Source: Nitrosopumilaceae archaeon (GTDB taxonomy: Archaea > Thermoproteota > Nitrososphaeria > Nitrososphaerales > Nitrosopumilaceae). Taken from it: a stretch of 64,000 bases of DNA. The translations under genes were made by a program, and so were the position numbers. The stretch spans positions 1,568,001 through 1,632,000 of the forward strand of contig OZ242376.1 in NCBI GenBank assembly GCA_965209085.1, read 5' to 3'. Below, in pieces: positions 1 to 9,738 of this stretch (positions are counted from its first letter, which is position 1; each line of letters begins with the position of its first letter). Below the pieces are notes generated by a model, which was not told the origin of the DNA, made no database searches, and was given only the letters and a program-made list of their open reading frames with translations.

Positions 1-2
1 AA

Positions 3-923
3 AGTATTGATGATTTTGAAAAATGGAAAAACCTTGCAATTTCAAAATATTCGCCAAGCTTTGTCGACCGGGCTAATTATGATGACATAGTTCCAGAATT
101 GATTTTAACTAAAGACAAAGATGGGTACACTATAGAAAAATATTCAATTCCTTCTTCTGGAGAAAATGATGGTTTATTTTACAAGCTTGTACCTGATGTA
201 AAATCTGACAAAGCACTACTTGTTCTCTCAGGAACTGGCGATCAAGGATTTAATGACGTAATAGGAGAGCCATCTAAATGGAGTTGGCATTACTATCAAA
301 GTGAGATTGGGAAAAAACTCGTTCTAGAAGGATATACAATCTATGCCCCTGAATGGTATGGTGCAGGAGAGCGTGGAGTCAAATTCAAATATTGTACATA
401 CATAAAACCTCTTGACTGCAATAACCACTTGTTCGTCAAAATGTTAAATCATTATAACATAAGCGTGATTAATATTAGAATAGACGATCTCTACAGAATA
501 ACATCGATCATTAATTCCGAATTTGATCGAGTTGGCGCTGTTGGCCTATCTCTTGGAGGAACAACTGCAATTCAAACCAGCATTCTCAATCCTGACGTAT
601 ATGATGTCGTAGCAAGCGCAAGTGGCGAGCTCAATATACATGATCATTACGCTTATCTCCAATATGAAAATGCTCACAGTTTGGTATATTCTGATTTTGG
701 AGATGACGCGATATTAATTGCGCCTAGGCCATTTTATTTATCATTTGGTATACTTCAACCCTCTATAGGGGCATATGACACAGAAATAAATTCGATTTTT
801 AATTACATCCGAGAAGCCTATAAACTGCATGGATACGAAGAGAACTTTGTCTCCATAATACATAAAGGTGGACATGAGTATGACGTAAAATCCCTTGTTA
901 AATTCCTAAATGATTATCTCTAG
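3..923 (+). CDS. alpha/beta hydrolase (dienelactone hydrolase/Abhydrolase-like), 5' partial
   Basis: The frame is open from the window edge. It has a nucleophile elbow GLSLGG and a C-terminal HKGGH catalytic His. The sequence is visibly AT-rich. Confidence 0.75.
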   Translation, partial: SIDDFEKWKNLAISKYSPSFVDRANYDDIVPELILTKDKDGYTIEKYSIPSSGENDGLFYKLVPDVKSDKALLVLSGTGDQGFNDVIGEPSKWSWHYYQSEIGKKLVLEGYTIYAPEWYGAGERGVKFKYCTYIKPLDCNNHLFVKMLNHYNISVINIRIDDLYRITSIINSEFDRVGAVGLSLGGTTAIQTSILNPDVYDVVASASGELNIHDHYAYLQYENAHSLVYSDFGDDAILIAPRPFYLSFGILQPSIGAYDTEINSIFNYIREAYKLHGYEENFVSIIHKGGHEYDVKSLVKFLNDYL

Positions 924-1055
924 AAAAATTTTTGAATTTACACATATGCCGATAACTTTACAGGTGTAATGAACGAAAAATGCAAACAGGCCACGAAAGA
1001 TACAATGTATGCAACAATATCCATGTGCCTCTTTTTTAAGTATTCCTTGTATTTT

Positions 1056-2376
1056 TACGCAGTTGCATAACTTTTGATCGGACATCTTAGAATACGTGTT
1101 TTATACATGCAAAATGTAGCATAAACACACGTAAAAGTTCGTGAGATGAAAACCACCTCCATACAATAATATGGTAATGATAAAACACGCACGAATTTTT
1201 GATCGTCGCCATATTTGATAGAATTTCCCCATCGGATTCAATCAAAGCTTGTGCAGACGCTAAGCGATATTGCAGAATGTGTTGTATGCTGACACTTTTA
1301 TTCGAATCTCTTGGACAATATTGTCCCATTTCTTAGAGTATACAGAATTGCCAAAGATTTTCTTAAACGCTGAAAAGACTACCTCCGATATCCATCTCTG
1401 TCCATAATGCACACGTTTTTTCCGCTCGGTCCTGTTGTGTATCATCTTGTCTTTGCATATGTGCATTATACGTTGGCGATCTTTTCTCCCACCAAGCTTA
1501 TCCCGTACTGTTGAATTGCGTGCAAATCCTCCAGCCTTTAACCCAGAGTTTATGCAAACTTTGATTCTTGCATCAACTCCCAGCCTGTGACAATAATTAA
1601 AATTCCCCTTTGAATCATAACCTCCATCTCCATACAGCACAGATCGTTTCCCAAGAACATCTTTTACATCCTCTAGCAGACAGGATAGCTGTTGTCCATC
1701 ACCTTTTCTATCGGTTGTAACTCTAAAGGCGAGTATTTTTCTAGTTTTGATTTCTACAAGAAAGTGTATCTTGATAAATCCGCGCCGCACGTTCCATTTT
1801 TCACGTATCCATTCGCCACGATCGTTTAGCTGCAGGCCGCTACTGTCAACTGTCAGCATGGTGCAATCGTTGTCGGTTCTGTACGCATGCTCATCATAAT
1901 TCAACGTTACATCAAGTGCATTTATCCTCATGCATATGGTGGTGTGATCTGGTGCATCATCTAGAATACCGCGTGCTATTCCCTCGCATACCCTGTAAGA
2001 GATGCCTGTACATGATTTGATTAATGCGAGCGTTTCAAACATACTGTCTGCATACTTGAAACGTCTGCCGTTTTTGTTCTTGTTTTTTGCCATGATTTGG
2101 ATCCTCCAGACTCGGGATTTTTTAAAATTCAAAAATTTACCGCGTGCGATGTATCTGTAATCACTCATGCAGACAACATCTCACGGTAATGCCACCTGTC
2201 TGTATATGGTGCGGTGAAGACATACGACAGAAATATTAACTGACATGATGTACTCAATACGGATCATCTCTGGTGGGTTTTGTTTTCATCGATAATCCCT
2301 ATATCTAGGGGTGATCTATTTGTTTAGATGAGATTATTGTCATATGTGCAGTTTAGGCAGGTTATGCAACTGCGTA
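1056..2376 (-). mobile_element. IS5-family insertion sequence
   Basis: Perfect 16-bp inverted repeats TACGCAGTTGCATAAC (1056-1071) and GTTATGCAACTGCGTA (2361-2376) bracket a DDE transposase. The outer TA may be the target duplication. Confidence 0.85.
1260..2168 (-). CDS. IS5-family DDE transposase (IS903/ISH1-like)
   Basis: Motifs APDHTT, VDSSG, KIH, YGDGGYDS and YGQRWISEVVFSAFKK. Confidence 0.9.
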   Translation of the reverse strand: MSDYRYIARGKFLNFKKSRVWRIQIMAKNKNKNGRRFKYADSMFETLALIKSCTGISYRVCEGIARGILDDAPDHTTICMRINALDVTLNYDEHAYRTDNDCTMLTVDSSGLQLNDRGEWIREKWNVRRGFIKIHFLVEIKTRKILAFRVTTDRKGDGQQLSCLLEDVKDVLGKRSVLYGDGGYDSKGNFNYCHRLGVDARIKVCINSGLKAGGFARNSTVRDKLGGRKDRQRIMHICKDKMIHNRTERKKRVHYGQRWISEVVFSAFKKIFGNSVYSKKWDNIVQEIRIKVSAYNTFCNIA

Positions 2377-2648
2377 CATCCTATACGAAAGCAAGTAAAC
2401 CAGCTATGTTTGACAGTTTAAAGCTCGTGTTCTGTACAAAACACAAATCCAATGCAGATCAGAACAATGCTAAAAACACTTGAAAAACTCAGGCCGGTAA
2501 AATACTTCCAACCAATGCATGTCCGATTCAGAACGTGAAGAACTGATGGTTACTACAGGTTGAAAGTTTGCAGGTATGCTACCAAACGGCAAAGTCATGT
2601 TTGGGAAAACATAATGCAAATATGCGGCAACCTGAACCTTAGAGAGAG

Positions 2649-2722
2649 CGGGTCTAGAGGGATTCGAACCCTCGACAGCCGGATTAAGAGTCCGGTGCTC
2701 TACCTGGCTGAGCCATAGACCC
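2649..2722 (-). tRNA. tRNA-Lys(CTT)
   Basis: The reverse complement folds as a cloverleaf: acceptor GGGTCTA...TAGACCC-G, anticodon arm CCGGA-CTCTTAA-TCCGG, T-loop TTCGAAT. Confidence 0.95.
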
Positions 2723-2756
2723 GTGAAAATAAATATTGGTTTATAGAGTATAAGTT

Positions 2757-3353
2757 TTAAGTTGTGGTTGGAATCTGCTCGTATTTTTCCAAAATTGCCG
2801 TTAGAACCGTTGATACTGGAACATCGTTCATTTTTTTCTTTTCTGCAAGCAGTTTTTGGTACGCGTCTAGTGTAATGTATACTGGAACAGAGCCGTTTCC
2901 TTCCAAAAGACCGCGCACTTTGAAGAGTGCCGTCTCCATGCCGCGTTCTGCGGATTTTGCAAATTTTGCCTTACCCAAAATTGAACCTAACGGACCAAAT
3001 GGCATTACATAATCTACACTCATGGTCACGCGGGTTAATCGCTCGCCAAGAGGCTCAAACGTGTTTACAATTTCCCATTTTTTAAATGGACCATCAGTCT
3101 GGACTGCAGAGATCTTTTTTTCACGGACAAACTCGGTGGTTTCACAGTCCCATTCAAGTCTCTTTCCTCCAAAATCACCTATAATTCTAAAAGTAGTTCC
3201 AACACCCATGCCTTCCTTTATGTCCATTGGGATTACCGTCATTCCAATCCCCTTGTCGCTCATTTGATCTGAGACATGCTCGGGGCGGGCAAAATATGTA
3301 AAGACTGTATCTACTGGAGCCTTGATCTCTATGGATCTAGAAACTTTACTCAT
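2757..3353 (-). CDS. SRPBCC/polyketide cyclase-like (START) protein
   Basis: VSRSIEIKAPVDTVF N-terminus typical of SRPBCC. Start moved to ATG 3353, about 28 nt from a TTTAAA box. Confidence 0.8.
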   Translation of the reverse strand: MSKVSRSIEIKAPVDTVFTYFARPEHVSDQMSDKGIGMTVIPMDIKEGMGVGTTFRIIGDFGGKRLEWDCETTEFVREKKISAVQTDGPFKKWEIVNTFEPLGERLTRVTMSVDYVMPFGPLGSILGKAKFAKSAERGMETALFKVRGLLEGNGSVPVYITLDAYQKLLAEKKKMNDVPVSTVLTAILEKYEQIPTTT

Positions 3354-3499
3354 GTATTCATGCGTCATCTTGTATGATGATTTAAAGGTTTTGAGAAATA
3401 TTACAAAATATTTTGGCGTGTGACAATTATAATGAAAAATCATTCGGCTTTATAAAAAATCTCAAAACTGTTAATAGTGAAGTTTGAAGGTAATTGATC

Positions 3500-3574
3500 G
3501 GGCCCATAGCTCAGCATGGATAGAGTGTTGGACTTCTAATCCAATGGTCAAGGGATCGAAGCCCTTTGGGCCCG
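3500..3574 (+). tRNA. tRNA-Arg(TCT)
   Basis: Acceptor stem GGGCCCA...TGGGCCC-G, anticodon arm TTGGA-CTTCTAA-TCCAA, T arm AAGGG-ATCGAAG-CCCTT. Confidence 0.93.
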
Positions 3575-3583
3575 CTCTAAAAT

Positions 3584-4396
3584 CTAATAGCCGCGCTTAC
3601 GCAACCAAGTTGTAACAATCTCTGTTGCAAGCTCTGCCGGTTCCATGTCTTTGTGTTCGGCCTGTATTTTTAATCCCTTTGCGCGTCTTTTTGTCAGCTC
3701 GAATCTGATTTTTTTCTGCAATGTCAGTTCCTTTGCGCGTTTGAGTGCTTTATTATGCGACATTCTTTTTGTTGTTCCAAGAATCTTTATGTACCGTTTG
3801 CGTAAGGAAGCTCCTTCTATCTTTGAAACTCTCTCTGCAATTTGAATGGATTTTTTAAGATTTGGTGCATATTGATATATTTTTGTGGCCTCATCTCGGG
3901 TTATAATTTTTGGAACCATACTTTTGAGCACTTCTGGAACGCCGGCAAATCCATGATATTTTTTGAACATTATTTTTGATATTCCAAGCGACTGGGCAGC
4001 CTTTGATTTGCCTTTTTTATCGGCAAGGAATTCACATGCCAAGGCCATTTCACGCGTCTCCATATCTTTACGGTGCAAGTTTTCAACCACAGATGCAGCT
4101 TTGGCATCATCTAGTTCATATTTTGTATTTGTGCTAAGAACCAGTGCTGGTATTTTTTTGGCTTTTAGTCTCTTTAAAGCTGCAAACCTGCGCTGACCGG
4201 ACATTAACAGGTATTCTTTTCCTTCTTTTTGCACCATTGGAGGATTTTGCAAACCTTCAGTCTTTATGGAACGGGCAAGTTCAGTAATGCCTTTACGGTC
4301 AAGCTTTCTTGCCTGAGCATCTTTCCATACTTTGACCGACTTTAGTGGAATTTCACGAAGTCTGTATGATATTGCTGGCCTATACCGCTTTGCCAT
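3584..4396 (-). CDS. ParB/Spo0J-like protein (ParBc domain plus HTH)
   Basis: Motifs ELARSIKTEGLQNPPMV, SGQRR (GxRR) and VENLHR. Confidence 0.85.
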   Translation of the reverse strand: MAKRYRPAISYRLREIPLKSVKVWKDAQARKLDRKGITELARSIKTEGLQNPPMVQKEGKEYLLMSGQRRFAALKRLKAKKIPALVLSTNTKYELDDAKAASVVENLHRKDMETREMALACEFLADKKGKSKAAQSLGISKIMFKKYHGFAGVPEVLKSMVPKIITRDEATKIYQYAPNLKKSIQIAERVSKIEGASLRKRYIKILGTTKRMSHNKALKRAKELTLQKKIRFELTKRRAKGLKIQAEHKDMEPAELATEIVTTWLRKRGY

Positions 4397-4569
4397 CGTA
4401 TATGCGCATTAATTCTACGTAATAAGGGTTTTTTACATTTTTTGGTACAAATTTAGTCAAACTTTGTGAATTATAATGGCGGATTTATGATCAAATTTGA
4501 AGTGTATGCCGTACGGGATTAATCCATACGGGATATTTTAGATACAATAAAACATAATTACCAAGATAT

Positions 4570-5082
4570 GTGATCTCATATATGCAAAAAGAAGCTAAAA
4601 TGTTGCTCCTGACCGGCAGTCTGGTCGCCGTAGGTCTTGTTATTTCATTTCTAGGCAACGTGTTTGCAGTGGAAGGTTTGGTACAATTTGAGAGAGAGTT
4701 GAATGCAGAAGAATACACGGTTAAAACAGATCTTTACACGCAAAACGGAAGTATTGGAATTTTTGCCATTATAGCGCGCGATGGATCAGATGAGAACAAT
4801 GTTTCCGTGAACATATACGATCCGTCAGGAGAAGAAATTGCCGCAATGAGCGTAACTGAGAACAGTGGGCAGATTACGTTTGATGTGAAAAAAGATGGAA
4901 GATATGAGGCAGTAATTCAAAATAATCAGGATACGATGATTCCAATAACCATCGCGATGGGCAGTAATTCTGGCTCGATTGCACAGGCGGTGGTCACCAC
5001 AGGTGTTGCAGTGTTGTTAATGGGACTGTTTGGGATGGCGGCGACTGCGTTGTACATTTTTAAATTAAAAAGAAATACCTAG
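4570..5082 (+). CDS. membrane-anchored hypothetical protein with beta-sandwich (GOLD-like) extracellular domain
   Basis: N- and C-terminal hydrophobic helices flanking VNIYDPSGEE...FDVKKDGRYEAVIQN. Confidence 0.6.
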   Translation: MISYMQKEAKMLLLTGSLVAVGLVISFLGNVFAVEGLVQFERELNAEEYTVKTDLYTQNGSIGIFAIIARDGSDENNVSVNIYDPSGEEIAAMSVTENSGQITFDVKKDGRYEAVIQNNQDTMIPITIAMGSNSGSIAQAVVTTGVAVLLMGLFGMAATALYIFKLKRNT

Positions 5083-5375
5083 TTTAGATAACTGTCCATC
5101 TCTGTAACTTTGTCCATTACACCGCCATATTGTACGCTAGATTCCACCGCATTTGCAAGTTTTTCAGAGTCTACAGAATACTGTGTTCCGGATTTTATTA
5201 CAAATCCGTTTTTAACAAGTGGTTCAAGCCTCTCTGCTATATCTTTGGGCGTGATTGAGAGATGTTCACATATTTTTGATTCATCTTTTGGACCGTTTTC
5301 CAGTAATTCAAGAATTTCGGAGATTTTTGGATCAAAGAGAATTTCTGAGATATTCATCTCGTTTGAATCAGACAT
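5079..5375 (-). CDS. small winged-helix protein
   Basis: LFDPKISEILELLENGP...RLEPLVKNGFV resembles ArsR-type wHTH. Start taken at ATG 5375. Confidence 0.6.
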   Translation of the reverse strand: MSDSNEMNISEILFDPKISEILELLENGPKDESKICEHLSITPKDIAERLEPLVKNGFVIKSGTQYSVDSEKLANAVESSVQYGGVMDKVTEMDSYLN

Positions 5376-5645
5376 ACATGAATGCAGATATGTTTGTTTA
5401 AAAATTATACGGTGCAGATAATGATGGGATTTCATACAGCCCATGAACAGATCCCATCAGATCGTATGCGTTATGAAATCCCAAATGGAAATTGCGATCT
5501 CATCTGAGCAGATTGAACAGATATTGGCACATTGTTCATTATACGAAGAAATATCCCCGTATTGGCAAATTTGTGCCTGATTGTGTAGATTTCAAGTTTG
5601 AAAACAAGGTTGGTTTTTATCCTAGCTTTAGGACACAAATTACGC

Positions 5646-6242
5646 TTGAGCGCTCAAGAATACAGGCATATTGTACGAATTGTCGGAAATGACATACCCG
5701 GTGAACGAAAGGTTCTGCCAGGTCTGACCCACATTCGGGGTATTGGGTACAATTTTGCCTCAGCTATCCTTACAAAATTACAGATAAATCCAGATTCCAA
5801 TATCGGATATCTGACGGATGCAAATGTTACCGCCATTGAAGGGGTTCTAAATGATCTACCAGCAGCGGGATTTCCCACATGGTTTTTTAACAGAAGAAAA
5901 GATCCAGAATCAGGCATGGATAAGCATTTGTTTACTTCGGATATAGAATTTACCGTAAGAAATGACATTGAACGAGAACGCATATCCGGAAGCTGGCGCG
6001 GATATAGACACATGTTTGGATTAAAAGTTCGCGGACAAAGAACTAGAACGACCGGCAGAAAGGGCGGAGCAGTCGGAGTCGCCAAAGGCGGTAAAATAAT
6101 GCCTACAAAGGGCGGAGCTGGAGCACCACCGGCAGAAGGTACAGTTGATGCTACAAAAGATGCAGCAGCAACAGATGCTAAACCTGCAGCAGGTGATAAA
6201 CCTGCAGCAGATGCCAAACCGGCAAAGGGGAAGAAAGAGTAG
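5646..6242 (+). CDS. rps13: 30S ribosomal protein S13 (uS13)
   Basis: Motifs [16 protein letters not shown] and [25 protein letters not shown] start at 5646. Low-complexity AKPAA tail. Confidence 0.97.
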   Translation: MSAQEYRHIVRIVGNDIPGERKVLPGLTHIRGIGYNFASAILTKLQINPDSNIGYLTDANVTAIEGVLNDLPAAGFPTWFFNRRKDPESGMDKHLFTSDIEFTVRNDIERERISGSWRGYRHMFGLKVRGQRTRTTGRKGGAVGVAKGGKIMPTKGGAGAPPAEGTVDATKDAAATDAKPAAGDKPAADAKPAKGKKE

Positions 6243-6248
6243 ATCATC

Positions 6249-6899
6249 ATGGGAGATCCAAAACTGCCAAGAAGAGTATGGAAAAAACCAAAACGTCCGT
6301 TCAATTATGATTTAAAGATGAGTGAGCTAAAAACTTTGGGTGAGTTTGGGCTAAAAACAAAAAGAGAGCTTTGGAAAGCGCATACGGAGCTTTCACGGTT
6401 GAGAAATCAGGCTCGTTCCATACTTGCACTAGGGCAGGACGTACGTCAGAACAAAGAACCAATTCTGATACGCTCACTTGTAAAGGTCGGACTCGTTCCG
6501 GAAAATTCCACGCTTGATGATGTTTTAAACCTCCAGGTGGTAGACATGCTGTCTAGAAGACTGCAGACGATTGTAATGAAAAATTTAGGATTCAAAACTC
6601 CGTATCAGGCAAGACAGGCAGTAACCCACGGTCACATTATGATTGACGAACGCATAGTTGACATACCATCATACGTGGTAAGAGTTAACGAGGAAAAATC
6701 CATCAAACTTGTTCCAAATTCACCCATGAAAGAGGTGCTTGAAAAGATCAAAAAAGAGGCAAAAGAAAAGCCACCTGAAACTGCTGAAGAATCTGAATCA
6801 TCAGAGCAGTCAGGCTCTATTCCTACAGAATCCAAACCAACGGATGCGGCAAAACCAGATGCGGAGGCTGCAAATGCGGCACCAAAATCCACCCAATAG
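6249..6899 (+). CDS. rps4: 30S ribosomal protein S4 (uS4)
   Basis: Motifs MGDPK, FGLKTKRELW, RRLQT and QARQAVTHGHI. Confidence 0.97.
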   Translation: MGDPKLPRRVWKKPKRPFNYDLKMSELKTLGEFGLKTKRELWKAHTELSRLRNQARSILALGQDVRQNKEPILIRSLVKVGLVPENSTLDDVLNLQVVDMLSRRLQTIVMKNLGFKTPYQARQAVTHGHIMIDERIVDIPSYVVRVNEEKSIKLVPNSPMKEVLEKIKKEAKEKPPETAEESESSEQSGSIPTESKPTDAAKPDAEAANAAPKSTQ

Positions 6900-6935
6900 T
6901 ACCGAATCCGCAGGTGCAGATCGAGGCGAGATATT

Positions 6936-8681
6936 TTGTGTTCTATAATAGGATATTACGGCAGCAAAAAGGCCGCACCGATAATGGTCTCAGGTTTGAG
7001 GCGTATGGAATACAGGGGATATGACAGCGTCGGCGTTGCCACCAAAGTTGAGAATGCATTACAGATTCGCAAAGGTGTTGGACGCGTAGATGAGGTAAAC
7101 AAGGCTGAAAATCTTGACGGGTTGGACGGAACTATTGGAATTGGACACACACGGTGGGCAACTCACGGCAAGGTGACCCGGGCCAACGCACACCCCCACG
7201 CAAGTAACACCTCTACTGTTGCAATAGTTCACAACGGAATAATTGAAAATTTTGAAGAATTAAAATCAAAGATGCAATCAGAGGGATTTACATTTGAGAG
7301 TGACACAGATACGGAAGTCATTGTAAATCTGCTACAGAAAAATTATGATTCATCCCCCGAAGATGCCATGATACGGACGATTGGCATGCTCAAAGGTCAC
7401 TATAGTTTTGTCGCCATGTTTGCAGACGGTACATTAGCTGCTGCAAGATATCACGAACCATTGATTGTCGGGATTGGTGCGGATTCATACCACATTGCAA
7501 GCGACGTGTTGGGATTTGTAGAGAAAACAGACGAGGCAGTATACGTGGAGAACGGACACTTTCTCACAATTGACTGCAAGGGTATGCACATGTACGATTT
7601 TACAGGAAAATCCGCACAAGTTGAAATAACAAAAATATCAAAAGAAATAGCTGATGTGACAAAGGGTGAATTTACCCATTATACGCTAAAAGAGATAACA
7701 GAACAGCCAGAAACTGTGCTAAAAGCTGCCTGCAAAGATGTGGATGTTATAGCAAAAACCATAACCGAGGCAGATTCTGTATACATAACCGGAAGCGGAA
7801 CAAGCTATAACGCATCACTTGTGGCCCAGTATATGATGTCAAGATACGCCAGAGTTAATGCCATTCCCGTAGTATCCAGCGAATTCCTCCATTCTCCTGT
7901 AAACATCGGATCTGATTCTGTTTTGATTGCAATATCACAAAGCGGTGAGAGTGCCGATGTCATAGCTGCAGCATCGGATGCAAAAAAACGGGGAGCGCGT
8001 ATCATAGCAATTCTCAACGCTCCAGAATCCACGCTTGCAAGAGAATCGGACATGGTAATAGACATCAAATGTGGTAGAGAAATTGGCGTGGCTGCCACCA
8101 AGAGTTTTACCTCGCAGCTTGTGGTAATTTACTCCATAGTGGACAGCATGTGCGGTGGAAAGCTTGGATTTGACGTAAATGGCGTATCTGCTGCAATATC
8201 AGAAATTCTAAAAGATGGCAATGCAATGTCAAAGCTTGCAGCCAAATTCAAAAATGTGGCAGATATTTACATACTAGGACGCGGCATACACTATCCGCTG
8301 GCCATGGAGGCGGCGTTAAAACTAAAGGAACTTGCATACATACATGCAGAAGGCATAGCAGGAGGGGAATTAAAGCACGGTCCGCTTGCATTAATTGACA
8401 GCAGTGTTTACGCCATTGTGATAAATCCATCAGACCCTACATATGATGATACACTCACCAGTGCGCGGGAAATCAAGGCTCGGGGAGCCCACATAATAGG
8501 AGTCTCAGATATTCAAAGCGATGTGTATGATTCATGGGTTAGGATACCAAAATCGCCAGACCATGCATATCCGATAACTGAGATAATCCCAATACAGCTG
8601 CTGTCATACTATTCGGCATTAAGCAGGGGTACTGATCCGGATTATCCGCGCAATTTGGCAAAGTCAGTTACTGTCAGATAA
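6936..8681 (+). CDS. glmS: glutamine--fructose-6-phosphate transaminase (isomerising)
   Basis: N-terminal MCSIIG (Cys nucleophile), EYRGYDS, GHTRWATHG and C-terminal PRNLAKSVTV. Confidence 0.97.
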   Translation: MCSIIGYYGSKKAAPIMVSGLRRMEYRGYDSVGVATKVENALQIRKGVGRVDEVNKAENLDGLDGTIGIGHTRWATHGKVTRANAHPHASNTSTVAIVHNGIIENFEELKSKMQSEGFTFESDTDTEVIVNLLQKNYDSSPEDAMIRTIGMLKGHYSFVAMFADGTLAAARYHEPLIVGIGADSYHIASDVLGFVEKTDEAVYVENGHFLTIDCKGMHMYDFTGKSAQVEITKISKEIADVTKGEFTHYTLKEITEQPETVLKAACKDVDVIAKTITEADSVYITGSGTSYNASLVAQYMMSRYARVNAIPVVSSEFLHSPVNIGSDSVLIAISQSGESADVIAAASDAKKRGARIIAILNAPESTLARESDMVIDIKCGREIGVAATKSFTSQLVVIYSIVDSMCGGKLGFDVNGVSAAISEILKDGNAMSKLAAKFKNVADIYILGRGIHYPLAMEAALKLKELAYIHAEGIAGGELKHGPLALIDSSVYAIVINPSDPTYDDTLTSAREIKARGAHIIGVSDIQSDVYDSWVRIPKSPDHAYPITEIIPIQLLSYYSALSRGTDPDYPRNLAKSVTVR

Positions 8682-9734
8682 TATAGTACGGTTGTATTCA
8701 TTCTCCACTGCTAGCCGTACATTCTCAGAGGTGGCTCCAATCTTTAACATGCATGCTGCAACAGCTCCCCCAGCTCCGGCTCCCTCCTTTGCAAATCCCT
8801 GTGAATACGCGCGCAATCCGTCAATCTTTGAGGCTCCAAGACCCGGATCCGTTACTAGAATTGCAACATTACCTGCCTGCTGCACGGCAAAAACAAAATC
8901 AGCGGATTTATCATTATATACGTAGGAGGTTGTGGCAACTGCGACTTTTTCTTTATCATAACCAAGAGAATTGGCCAATGCAAGAACTGCGGCCATTTGG
9001 GTTCCGCCGGCAAGTATAACATGAGTCTTTTGGGTGGCAGCTGATAAAGCGCCTGCAAGAAACGGAAGCATCGGGTCGGCAAGCTCAGATGATATTGAAA
9101 CAGGATCGCGTAAAGTAACCCTGTTTTGTGCCGCAATAACCACGCTCTCTTTTAATTTTCCAGGATTTTCCGGCATGCTAGAGCTGGTGCGAGCTTTAAT
9201 TCCAAACGCCCGCAATACGGCAAGTGCCGTGGTGGTTCCGCCCGGAACGCTCTCTCCCAAAACAAGACAGTCTGTGAGTGCGCCAAGTGATTCGCCGATT
9301 TGCCTGCCATACTCTATGGCTTTTTTTGCCTCATCAATTCCCATGCCCGGTCCGTCCCGGATGTTTTTTCCCGGAAGCAAACCCGTATGCATGTACGGCA
9401 TTTTTGGACTGTGTGCACTTCCTGCATCGATGATTATGTGCGGTATGTTTGCCATTTGCAGTGCGGCTCTAGTAATCAGGGCAGGAGTTGGTTTGCCGTC
9501 AGGAGTTGCAGGAATTTCATCTATGGATTTACATTTGCCGTACCGGAGAAATTCAGCATCTGCTGCAGGAGTGTATTTTGCCAGATCCGGTGTGGCGCCT
9601 GCCACGGTTATTCCAGGTATGGTGCACGTTTCCGTATGCGATATGGTTAATGCAAAAAGAAATTTTTTACCCCGTACTGATTCTATGAATAATTTACATG
9701 CGTTATCATTCCCGCATATTTGCAGTCCGTCCAT
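8664..9734 (-). CDS. cobT: archaeal nicotinate-nucleotide:dimethylbenzimidazole phosphoribosyltransferase (TIGR00303-like)
   Basis: Motifs IPGITVAG, TPAADAE, GESVPGGTTTA, AGGTQM and KEGAGAGG. Confidence 0.85.
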   Translation of the reverse strand: MDGLQICGNDNACKLFIESVRGKKFLFALTISHTETCTIPGITVAGATPDLAKYTPAADAEFLRYGKCKSIDEIPATPDGKPTPALITRAALQMANIPHIIIDAGSAHSPKMPYMHTGLLPGKNIRDGPGMGIDEAKKAIEYGRQIGESLGALTDCLVLGESVPGGTTTALAVLRAFGIKARTSSSMPENPGKLKESVVIAAQNRVTLRDPVSISSELADPMLPFLAGALSAATQKTHVILAGGTQMAAVLALANSLGYDKEKVAVATTSYVYNDKSADFVFAVQQAGNVAILVTDPGLGASKIDGLRAYSQGFAKEGAGAGGAVAACMLKIGATSENVRLAVENEYNRTILSDSN

Positions 9735-9738
9735 ACGC

